This document shows, in pieces, positions 55,628-64,000 of a DNA stretch of 64,000 bases (its first letter is position 1; every line of letters begins with the position of its first letter). The position numbers and the translations under genes were made by a program. The stretch is from the sequence record NZ_CP019209.1. One strand, written 5' to 3'. The notes below the pieces were generated by a model. The model saw only the letters and a list, made by a program, of their open reading frames with translations. It searched no databases and was not told the origin of the DNA. This DNA is from a plasmid.

Positions 55628-55897
55628 ATGGAAGCAGTAGCTTATTCAAATTTCCGCCAAAATTTACGTAGTTATATGAAACAAGTTAATGAGGATGCTG
55701 AAACACTTATTGTAACAAGTAAAGATGTAGAAGATACAGTTGTTGTATTATCAAAAAGAGATTATGATTCTATGCAAGAAACGTTGAGAACACTTTCTAA
55801 TAATTACGTCATGGAAAAAATTCGTCGAGGAGATGAACAATTCTCCAAAGGTGCATTTAAAACACATGACTTAATCGAGGTTGAATCTGATGATTAA
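55628..55897 (+). CDS. axe: Axe antitoxin (Phd/YefM family)
   Basis: 89 aa; sequence MEAVAYSNFRQNLRSYMKQVNEDAETLIVTSKD... matches the enterococcal pRUM-type Axe as recalled. Confidence 0.8.
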   Translation: MEAVAYSNFRQNLRSYMKQVNEDAETLIVTSKDVEDTVVVLSKRDYDSMQETLRTLSNNYVMEKIRRGDEQFSKGAFKTHDLIEVESDD

Positions 55898-56147
55898 GGC
55901 TTGGTCTGATGATGCTTGGGATGATTATCTTTATTGGCATGAGCAAGGAAACAAAAGCAATATAAAAAAGATTAACAAGTTAATAAAAGATATCGATCGT
56001 TCCCCCTTTGCTGGATTAGGAAAACCTGAGCCATTAAAGCATGATTTATCTGGAAAATGGTCCAGAAGAATTACAGATGAACATAGACTGATATATAGAG
56101 TTGAAAATGAAACGATATTTATTTATTCTGCAAAAGATCACTATTAA
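55890..56147 (+). CDS. txe: Txe toxin (YoeB/RelE family)
   Basis: 85 aa; MIKAWSDDAWDDYLYWHEQ...RLIYRVENETIFIYSAKDHY; overlaps the axe stop. Confidence 0.8.
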   Translation: MIKAWSDDAWDDYLYWHEQGNKSNIKKINKLIKDIDRSPFAGLGKPEPLKHDLSGKWSRRITDEHRLIYRVENETIFIYSAKDHY

Positions 56148-56605
56148 CCAATCGGAAGTAAGGAAAGGGTCAGAAACTTAAAAGTTTTTGATCCTTATTT
56201 TATTTACCCTAGTCATTTAAAAAGCTAATATAGCTTAGTGTTGATTGTTATTAATGAATGTGTTTGTTACGCGTATTACGGATATAAGGTTAGTAAAATC
56301 ATTTCTAAAGTTGAGGAAAAGTAAATATAAATGGCTTAAATTTCAACAATTTGAAGTTGAATAGATATGTTATAATACTATTGTAGTGTGGGATGTTAGT
56401 TACTAAAGGATGACGCTTATATATATGACTGAATAGAATAAGCAATAGGTTTAATAATCTATTTTAAATTTTTTGTACTAGTTTTAGTTAATTAGCAAAA
56501 ACAACAAAAATAAACTTCTCATAGAATTTAGCTAAAAATTAATGATTTATTTACATATTAAATTTGGATACAGTTAAGTAATTTTTATATATTGGAGGAG
56601 AAGTA

Positions 56606-57609
56606 ATGGAATATAAATTTAACTTGAATTTGAAAGAAGTACTCCCCACTCAGGGAACAATAAACATAAATGGTCAAGATAATGATGACGATATAGTAAT
56701 AAAAAAAATAGAATTTATTGATTCTGATATAAATGTTTTTTTTATTCTAAAGAAAAATTAGCTGATTTTAGCAATATTGCTGAAATGATTGAACGTTTAA
56801 AAGATTTTATGATCAGTGTTTGGGATGTAGCGATGCTTGCTGACGAATCAAATTATACTTCGAGCATATACAGATTAGAAGATAGTAATTGGATAGAAAT
56901 TTCATTAGAGTTAAAGACACTTCCTAATTCCGTTAACTATATAATTAGAGATATAACTTCTGAAGCTCAACAATTAGTTAATTACATGCATGGACACGAA
57001 AGTATCCCCTTTTCTCTTATACTCCTTAAAAGAAGTAAAAATATATCAAATACTAGAGATAGGTTTATTTCGATAATTACAGCCTGTGAAATAGGGGTAA
57101 AGGAATTTTATCAACAAGAGAAACCTGATTTAACTCTAATATTTGAGAATTTACAATCTCCCCCTGTAGACAAATTATTAGGGAGCATGTTTAAAGGGTA
57201 CTTTAATATTGAGTTTCCGAAAGAAATAAGAAAGGAAATTAAAAATTTCATAGAAAAACGTAATAAATTGGTTCATTCTCCTCAAGGAAGTAAACCAACT
57301 ATAGAAGAATGTTTTGAATGTTATATGGCAGTGCTAAAAACATTTAATTTTTTTTATAAAATTAATGATAGCTTTATGTATAGAGATTTTTATGAAGAAT
57401 CTATAGAATTGACTCCAACGGAACCAAATAAATCTCAAATCACTTTGTCAAAGGAGCTAGAGAGAAAAGTAGAGTCTCAAGAACTAGCTATAGGAATTAG
57501 TATAACCAATGTGTCGACATACAAAGAATTATACGAAGCTAAATCACAAGATAATAAGGATTTTGTAGAAAATATAGATAAGGAACCAACAAATACAGTA
57601 GGGGATTAA
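56606..57609 (+). pseudogene. Hypothetical about 340-aa AT-rich gene split by a 1-nt frameshift in a T8 tract (56736-56743)
   Basis: The 51-aa ORF (56606-56761) and 274-aa ORF (56785-57609) are both open across the T8 run in adjacent frames. The second has no RBS or start of its own for 19 open codons upstream. Confidence 0.45.
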
Positions 57610-57773
57610 CGTAAATAAGTGAAGATTATATTAACAGACTCTTTATTTAGTTAAGTAAAAAATGGTTTGTTGGAATTTTATGCTTTATCTGTTCTGAGTA
57701 AGACTTAATTTTATAGATAGTAATTATATGTAGGAAATTAAAGATGAGAAGATAATAAAAGCAGCATGATCAA

Positions 57774-58388
57774 CTATTTGTCATTGACCATGCTGTCTTT
57801 TTTTATTCTATACACGGTTTGTCTCGTAACATTGTAGTCTTTAGCAATCTTAGCAATCGCAACACCATTTTTAAGATCTTCAACGATGCTTTTGTAAACA
57901 AGGCGACGTTGGGGATCTTTTGCGTCTGCACTGTATAATTTGGGCCGCCCTTTGTAGACGCCGTTTGCTTTTGCGATCTTAATTCCTTGTGCCTGGCGAC
58001 GTTTCGATTCAGTCCGTTCTTGTTCAGCGATCATGGCCAAAATTTGGATGATCAGATCCTTAATGAATTTATCCAGGAGAGGATTGCCAATTGCTTCAGC
58101 CATGATCGGTAAACTAGTAATGATCAGCTTCACATTTTTCTTCTTCAAGTAATTGACTGAAGCGATGATCTCGTCATAATTTCTTCCAAGTCGATCAATA
58201 GCTTCCACAATAAAAATATCTTGATCTCGGACGTAATCTAATGCTTCTTGGAAAACAGGTCGATGAGTAATCGTTGCGCCAGATTGTTTCTCGATGAAAA
58301 TTCTCTCTGCACCGAATTTTTTCATTTCTTCAATCTGGCGTTGTTCATTTTGATCGATCGATGAGACACGTATGTATGCAACTCTCAA
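57774..58388 (-). CDS. Serine recombinase (resolvase/invertase family), 204 aa
   Basis: Catalytic N-terminus [14 protein letters not shown]-terminal HTH. Confidence 0.85.
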   Translation of the reverse strand: MRVAYIRVSSIDQNEQRQIEEMKKFGAERIFIEKQSGATITHRPVFQEALDYVRDQDIFIVEAIDRLGRNYDEIIASVNYLKKKNVKLIITSLPIMAEAIGNPLLDKFIKDLIIQILAMIAEQERTESKRRQAQGIKIAKANGVYKGRPKLYSADAKDPQRRLVYKSIVEDLKNGVAIAKIAKDYNVTRQTVYRIKKDSMVNDK

Positions 58389-58493
58389 AACTTTTACCTA
58401 CTTTCTGCAACTATTTAAAATACACCCTAATCATACACGAGGAAGCCATATGTCACTTTTCTTTTTAAATGGCAATATTTTTTGTAAATAAAT

Positions 58494-58524
58494 GTCAATC
58501 AAGAAAATTTAAACGATTATGACA
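58494..58524. promoter_or_regulatory. res/crossover-site candidate TGTCA N21 TGACA upstream of the resolvase
   Basis: Inverted TGTCA half-sites 31 bp apart in the resolvase promoter region. Confidence 0.3.
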
Positions 58525-58625
58525 TTAAAAATATATTTTATGAATTTTCTAGTATATAACTTGATTTATCTGTTAAGATTTATTAAGAAAACGTTTTCTT
58601 AGTTTTGATTTCGAGGTGATAGACA

Positions 58626-59048
58626 ATGAAAAATAAGTTTATTTTATCTTTAGGTATTTTAACTATTGGAATTAGTGTAACTGGAACTACAATTCCTACA
58701 TTTGCTGATAGTACAAATGAACCAACTACTGTAGTAGATAATAACCAAGAATTAACTCCTTTAGATAGGGACGGAATAGCCATTGGTAACCCAACTAACG
58801 ACTTAACTGTTACTGAAAATTATTTAATAGTTTCTCCATTACTTGCTCTAGCAGCTTCTAAAACGATACGAGTGACAGGAACGATGATTTTTGATAAAGT
58901 TGGTTGGCCTTCTAGACCTCCTCAATCACGGAATTGGAAAGAAAAAAGAAATGGTTATTGGTACTATGGAAAATTGTATTTACAAAGTTATAAATCAGCT
59001 GGAAACAATTGGATTGCGACTTATTCAGGAACCTTAACTAGAAAGTAG
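58626..59048 (+). CDS. Secreted protein of unknown function (Sec signal peptide, about 112-aa mature part, W/Y-rich C-terminus)
   Basis: Signal peptide MKNKFILSLGILTIGISVTGTTIPTFA; RBS GAGGTG. Confidence 0.45.
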   Translation: MKNKFILSLGILTIGISVTGTTIPTFADSTNEPTTVVDNNQELTPLDRDGIAIGNPTNDLTVTENYLIVSPLLALAASKTIRVTGTMIFDKVGWPSRPPQSRNWKEKRNGYWYYGKLYLQSYKSAGNNWIATYSGTLTRK

Positions 59049-59057
59049 GGATTTTTT

Positions 59058-59261
59058 ATGCCAGAATTTGTGAACACACCAAATTTTTATCAAGATAGCG
59101 ATATTCTAAGTAAAATTAATTTACCGAAAGAAGAATCAGCTTTACAAGTTCAGCGAACTTTACAGGAGACACAAAAAATTCAAAAATCAATTTCTAATCT
59201 AGAAGATTCTGAAGAAAAAAGAAAAAAAAGAGACCAAAAAACATATCAAAAAGAAAAATAA
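59058..59261 (+). CDS. Small highly charged protein (67 aa)
   Basis: Immediately downstream of the secreted protein gene; K/E-rich. Confidence 0.3.
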   Translation: MPEFVNTPNFYQDSDILSKINLPKEESALQVQRTLQETQKIQKSISNLEDSEEKRKKRDQKTYQKEK

Positions 59262-59312
59262 TGATTTTAAAAAAAGAGTGTCTAGTCGACATTCTTTTTT
59301 TCTAATTGAAAG

Positions 59313-59340
59313 TGTTCATAAAATCACCCATTTCTGGACA
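59313..59340. promoter_or_regulatory. 28-bp res site I candidate TGTTCATAAAATCACCCATTTCTGGACA
   Basis: TGT...ACA inverted ends at 28-bp spacing, upstream of the second resolvase gene. Confidence 0.35.
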
Positions 59341-59462
59341 CTTTCTTTTTTTGCTTTATTTTTCAAAAAAACAATTCATTTCATGTTCATAAACCCATAA
59401 CAATATCTATGTTCAGTTAAACTATATGGATAAAGTTATGTTACAATAAAATTAATGAAGGA

Positions 59463-60056
59463 GTGATTTTTTTGAAAATAGGATACGCCCGGGTATCTAC
59501 TGGTTTACAAAATTTGGATTTACAAGAAGACAGCCTAAATAAATTTGGTTGTGAAAAAATTTTTACTGATCATATGAGTGGGGCAAAAAGTAATCGACCA
59601 GGATTAGAAATGGCCATTGATTTTGTTCGCTCTGGCGATACACTTGTCGTTTGGCGCTTAGATCGTTTAGGTAGAAATATGGAAGATTTGATTTCAATCG
59701 TCAATCGACTGAATGAGCGTGGTGTGAGTTTTCATAGTATTCAAGAAAATATTACGATGGACAAATCAAGTTCTACAGGACAGCTCATGTTTCATTTGTT
59801 TGCGGCATTTGCAGAATTTGAGCGTAATTTGATCCTGGAACGATCCGCAGCAGGACGAGCAGCTGCTCGTGCAAGAGGACGGTTTGGTGGTCGTCCTGAA
59901 AAATTGTCTGAACAAGATTTGGAATTACTGAAGACTTTAGTGGATAGCGGTACACCTATTAAGACTATTGCGGAACGGTGGAACGTCTCAAGAACCACCA
60001 TTTATCGTTATTTGGCAAAAATGGAGGAGAAAAATGGAAAGACAAATTCTCATTAG
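59463..60056 (+). CDS. Serine recombinase (Tn3-family-type resolvase), 197 aa
   Basis: GYARVSTGLQ catalytic motif; C-terminal HTH. Confidence 0.85.
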   Translation: MIFLKIGYARVSTGLQNLDLQEDSLNKFGCEKIFTDHMSGAKSNRPGLEMAIDFVRSGDTLVVWRLDRLGRNMEDLISIVNRLNERGVSFHSIQENITMDKSSSTGQLMFHLFAAFAEFERNLILERSAAGRAAARARGRFGGRPEKLSEQDLELLKTLVDSGTPIKTIAERWNVSRTTIYRYLAKMEEKNGKTNSH

Positions 60057-60190
60057 TTTTTGTCATTTAATGCTGAAAATTTTTGCCATTTATCTAGAAA
60101 AGTGACAATAGTATGAGAATTTTTTGTAAGTGTCTACTGATAACTTATTCTCAAATGTTGTAAGGATTTTATTCATTTGTTAATATTAAA

Positions 60191-60999
60191 GGTTCTGTTG
60201 CAAAGTTTTAAATAAAGAATAAAATCCCTTACGGTATCTATGATTTAAGCTGGGATTCCCAATAATACCTTGATTTCAGTACAGACCGAAAACCCGAAGA
60301 GAGTGCCTTCTTTTCGGGTTTTCTTATATAATCCTCGAATGGCTTCCATGCCTTTAATCGTGGTAGAGGCAGTGCGTAAACTTCGATAGAATTTATTGCG
60401 TCTCTTTACTGGACGATGGTCTTGTTCAATCAAATTATTCAGGTATTTAATGGTACGATGTTCTGTCCCTTGATAAAAGCCGTATTCTTTTAGTTTCTTA
60501 AAGGCACTTGTAATAGAGGGGGCTTTATCTGTGACTACAACCTTCGGTTCATCAAACTGCTTCACTAACCGCTTAAGAAAAGCATAGGCTGCTTGTGTGT
60601 CCCGTTTTTTACGTAACCAAATATCCAAGGTTAAACCATCTGCATCGATGGCTCGATACAAATAATGCCATTTTCCTTTAATTTTGATGTACGTTTCATC
60701 CATTTTCCATGAATAAAAGGATTTTTTATTTTTCTTTTTCCAAATTTGATAGAGTAGTTTGCCATATTCTTGCACCCAACGATAAATCGTCGTATGAGAA
60801 ACGTTAATGCCACGATCATATAAGATTTCTTGAACTTCACGATAGCTAAGGTTATAACGAAGATAGTAGCCCACGGCTACAATAATCACATCCTGATGAA
60901 ATTGCTTTCCTTTAAAATGACTCATCGTCATTCCTCCTGCTATCTTTTTCTATTATTCTACCTTATCTGATAGTAGATTTAAAACTTTGCAACAGAACC
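60191..60999 (-). mobile_element. IS1216 (IS6 family) copy B, 809 bp, inverted relative to copy A
   Basis: Same IRs; transposase 60245-60931 differs from copy A by one residue. Confidence 0.9.
60245..60931 (-). CDS. IS1216 transposase
   Basis: 228 aa, identical to copy A except Q to H at residue 12. Confidence 0.9.
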   Translation of the reverse strand: MTMSHFKGKQFHQDVIIVAVGYYLRYNLSYREVQEILYDRGINVSHTTIYRWVQEYGKLLYQIWKKKNKKSFYSWKMDETYIKIKGKWHYLYRAIDADGLTLDIWLRKKRDTQAAYAFLKRLVKQFDEPKVVVTDKAPSITSAFKKLKEYGFYQGTEHRTIKYLNNLIEQDHRPVKRRNKFYRSLRTASTTIKGMEAIRGLYKKTRKEGTLFGFSVCTEIKVLLGIPA

Positions 61000-62940
61000 C
61001 TTAGGAGATTGCCAGTTATTGTTAATCTACCTAGATTTCAACAACGTCCGTCGTTTGAACGTCTGTCATTGATTGATGAATTTTTTGTTTCTGAGAGCCA
61101 AATTTTAGCTAAGGAACTATCTGTTTCTGATGCATTGATTCATTTCTTAATGAATAGTGATTTTGAAGGTAACGTGGGGAATATTAAAAATATTATCAAG
61201 TATGCTTGCGGAAACGCATATATCCACCAGAAGAGTCAGCAAACAATTCAAGTTAAATTATTGGATATGCCTTTAGAGTACAGTTATAAATTCAAGGAGC
61301 AACTAAATAAACCCAGAAAGAAAAGAGCAGATCGAATCTACTATCCAGAAGAAACACGACAAGTGCAACTAGAAAGAAACAATCAGCTTTTTGTTCAATT
61401 TTTTGACCAATTACTTACTGGATTCTCTGAAGTGATTGAAAATAACAAGGATATTAAACTATTTTTAGAAGAAATGGTTACCAAGGTAACACAAGTAATG
61501 GATACGCTTATTTTTCAAGAGGATTACGAAAAAGAGCAGTCTTTATACGCCATTCTAAACTATCATATTCGTCAAAGTATTGATTTTATGCGAGAAAGCT
61601 ACGGGTTTGAACAAGATGGTAACCGGGTAGTCGCTTTGGCCAACTATCTATATGTCAAGGATAATCAAGTGATTTTTGAAAATAGTCTTCAAGAAAAGAA
61701 AACCAAAGATCAGCTTAACGAATTTTTTGCTAATGTTCTTGAAACCCCTTATTGGTATGCAAAAAAAATCTTAAGCCTTTTATCTGAGTGTTTAGATCAA
61801 CCTGTGTATGAAGAGGACATTTTCTTTATTACGCTATATTTTTATAGTTTGAATGTCACGAATGTTAAAACAGGTATTAAGAGTATTGTGCTAGCTCATG
61901 GTTATTCTACAGCTAGTAGTATGGCGAATGTTGCCAACCGTATGCTGAATAAGAACGTTTTTCAAGCTTATGATATGCCTTTAGATATTACATTAGAGAA
62001 AATTGAAGCAAAATTGATTCAATTCCTTGGAGATTATCGAACAGATTCAGGCTTGATTTTATTGGTAGATATGGGTTCACTAAACCAACTAGGCGGTTTA
62101 TTAGTGAATCATCTAAATGGACCACTGTTAATCATTGATCATATCAATACACCGTTATTATTGGAAGTCGGCCAACAAGTATTAAACAATAAAAGTATCA
62201 CCGAAATAGGAGCAGAAATTGAAACAAGTCTTACTTTCAAAAAGCAGTTACTACTTCCCAAGAAAAAGAAAAAGAAAGCCATCATTACTTGTTGTTATAC
62301 AGGGATTGGTAGTGCGACCCAGATTCAGGAGATTTTAACGAAATGCTTGAAAGATGCAGTTAGAGAATTAGTAATTATTCCGTATGATTACAAAAAGCTG
62401 TTAGAAAACAAGAATTTTGAGACTCCTTTTCAATTATACGATGTCATCATGATTGTAGGTACAGAAGATCCCAAAATTAATCAGATTCCATATATTGGAT
62501 TAGATCGCCTGATTAATGGGGGAAGCATTGGCGAATTTGTTCATTACTTGGAAAAAGAGCTGACTATTGAAGTGAACGATTTACAAAAAGAATTAATTTT
62601 CAATTTTTCAATTAGTAAAATTGTCGAAAATTTAACCATTTTGGATCCAGATAAGGTGCTATCTTTTGTACAAAAAGCAATTAAAGAATTATCGAAGTTA
62701 TTAAATTTTGATTTTTCTAATAATCAGCTGTTTTTGTTGTACCTTCACTGTAGTTGTATGATTGAACGAATTGTACGTAAAGAAAGTGTGGATGAGCAAG
62801 AGGACATTGAAGAATATATGCAAGCAAATGGAGAAATAATGGATAAAATTCATAGCGCTTTTTTTGAGATTGAAAGGGAATACACAATTGAAATACCAGA
62901 TTTAGAGTTGCGATTATTGAGCGATATTGTTCAAGGATAG
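61000..62940 (+). pseudogene. LevR-type sigma-54-dependent PTS regulator, 5' portion deleted by IS1216 (remaining PRD / EIIA-Man-like / PRD regions)
   Basis: The ORF is open from the first base after the IS; EIIA(Man)-like LAHGYSTASSMANVANRML and PRD-like segments; no N-terminal AAA+ domain. Confidence 0.55.
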
Positions 62941-62952
62941 GAGTGAATTCGA

Positions 62953-63585
62953 ATGACAATGGGAGTAATTTTTGATATGGATGGGGTACTCATAGATAGC
63001 GAGACATTTTATTTTGAGAGAAGAATGAACTTCTTTCAAGAACTGGAGATAGATCCAGGATCAAACCAGATTGATGATTATGTGGGGAAAACAGAAGCTG
63101 CAATATGGGAAACATTAGTTCCTGAGGACAAATCATTAAGAGAGGAACTTTATCCGAAATATGTAGATTATCGAAAAACGCATCCAATTGATTTCGCTAA
63201 AGCTTTACGAAAAGAAGTGAAACCGTTACTTGACTTCCTCAAGAAGCGGGATATACCATTGGCACTGGCATCTTCTTCTCCAGCTGTCGAGATAGAGAGT
63301 ATGCTCATTCAATGTGAACTTACTGAATATTTTTCCTTTGTTATAAGTGGTGAGTCATTAAAACAAAGCAAACCACATCCCGAAATATATTTAAAAGCGA
63401 AACAGCAATTAGACTGTGACTTCTTTATTGCAGTAGAGGATTCAACGATTGGTATTAAATCAGCAAAGGCAGCAAATATCTATACGGCGGCACTAAAACA
63501 ACCAATGCAAATCGATCAGAGTGAAGCAGACATACAAATTGAAAGTCTACAAGAACTGGAACAAATTGTTTTAGAAAAAGGTTAG
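62953..63585 (+). CDS. HAD-superfamily hydrolase (beta-phosphoglucomutase-like, subfamily IA)
   Basis: Motif I FDMDGVLIDSE, motif III K, motif IV EDS. Confidence 0.75.
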   Translation: MTMGVIFDMDGVLIDSETFYFERRMNFFQELEIDPGSNQIDDYVGKTEAAIWETLVPEDKSLREELYPKYVDYRKTHPIDFAKALRKEVKPLLDFLKKRDIPLALASSSPAVEIESMLIQCELTEYFSFVISGESLKQSKPHPEIYLKAKQQLDCDFFIAVEDSTIGIKSAKAANIYTAALKQPMQIDQSEADIQIESLQELEQIVLEKG

Positions 63586-63794
63586 TGAATTAATGGAAAT
63601 AAGGCTATATATCTGTGCTAGCTATTTTGACTAACCAAAAAAACTTGCTATAATTCAGGTGTAGTAAAAGGTGCTGGTAACACCTTTTACGAAAATGCTT
63701 CGGCAGTGATAATGGGATTGGCTTTTTAAGTTTTTTATTTTGTTCGCAATCCCTAAGGTCATGTGAATGATCCTAGGGATTGCTAGAATATTTT

Positions 63795-63816
63795 GCAACA
63801 GAACCAAAATACGAAT
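63795..63816. mobile_element. Orphan IS1216 terminal IR remnant (…TTTTGCAACAGAACC)
   Basis: 15/17 match to the IS1216 IR, preceded by a 12-bp-stem hairpin gcaatccctagg (63744-63781). Confidence 0.5.
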
Positions 63817-63829
63817 AGTTATCAAGCAG

Positions 63830-64000
63830 CCATATTGACTGCGGTCAATTTAGGAGGGGATACTGATACTACTGCTGCCGTAACTGGTGCTCTTGCGGGT
63901 ATTCTTTACGGGGGTGAAGTGATCCCTGAAAATTGGAGAAAATCGCTTCAAAATGACCAGCTTCTTAAAACGATCAGTCAGAGATTTTGCGATACCGTGC
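63830..64000 (+). CDS. C-terminal fragment of an ADP-ribosylglycohydrolase-family protein (continues beyond window; N-terminus lost at the IS1216 remnant)
   Basis: GGDTDTTAAVTGALAGILYGGEVIPENW is the conserved C-terminal ADP-ribosylglycohydrolase motif. Confidence 0.55.

Noticed and set aside
58583-58783. 66-aa minus-strand ORF
   Set aside because: Antisense over the signal-peptide region of the secreted protein gene.
59792-60001. 69-aa minus-strand ORF
   Set aside because: Antisense within the resolvase gene (Ala/Arg-rich from the GC-richer sense strand).
62717-63187. 80-aa and 65-aa minus-strand ORFs
   Set aside because: Antisense to the LevR-like and HAD hydrolase genes.
1-64000. Searched for tRNA, rRNA and tmRNA-like structured regions
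   Set aside because: No cloverleaf-like GC-rich 70-90-nt segments with conserved T-loop (GTTCRANYC) or rRNA-like conserved blocks were noticed; none reported.

Overview
The window is a low-GC Firmicute mosaic whose IS content (IS1216, ISL3, IS256-, IS982-, IS3-, IS110- and IS200/IS605-family) and plasmid modules (RepA_N repA with iterons, axe-txe, Fst/par-like locus) look like Enterococcus (faecium/faecalis-like) accessory or plasmid DNA. No species assignment can be verified without a database search.

- **1-22.4 kb.** The window opens with a 5'-truncated histidine kinase and a CheY-AraC response regulator. The regulator is convergent with a minus-strand sugar/glycerophosphodiester-type ABC uptake operon (SBP, two permeases, UgpC/MalK-like ATPase, metallophosphoesterase) and a GDPD pseudogene carrying an in-frame stop. 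This stretch is riddled with IS elements:
  - two abutting ISL3 elements, the second N-truncated with a duplicated 80-bp right end;
  - an IS1182-family element inserted into the 3' end of an IS256-family transposase gene;
  - two direct copies of an IS3-family element flanking a thioredoxin-like gene and a lipoprotein gene, the second copy cut by IS1216.
  - A very AT-rich FtsX-permease/ATPase/FtsX-permease ABC island (14.8-18.1 kb) is preceded by a 4Fe-4S-domain gene stub truncated by the IS3-family element.
- **23-64 kb.** This has the architecture of a RepA_N (pAD1/pCF10-like) conjugative plasmid:
  - parA plus a small partner, with TAGTA-type iterons in its promoter;
  - multiple type II TA modules (YefM/RelE-like, AbrB/ParE-like, axe-txe, AbrB/RelE with a frameshifted toxin);
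  - an IS982-family composite transposon with an 8-bp target duplication, carrying alpha-galactosidase, an MFS transporter and an AraC regulator;
  - an IS200/IS605 tnpA-tnpB element plus a miniature derivative;
  - an Fst/par-like type I TA locus that is not in the ORF track;
  - a ~1.6-kb GGTAGTA iteron array upstream of repA, which contains internal palindromic repeats (putative oriV);
  - an IS110-family element;
  - a co-directional conjugative leading-region-like module: ArdC-like metalloprotein, Toprim/primase-like protein, topoisomerase III, AbiEi/AbiEii, SSB, a Hol-Tox-like micro-peptide, a hairpin-rich noncoding region and an operon of small acidic proteins;
  - two serine recombinases with res-like sites;
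  - a second IS1216 that truncates a LevR-like regulator.

No rRNA, tRNA or CRISPR was seen.
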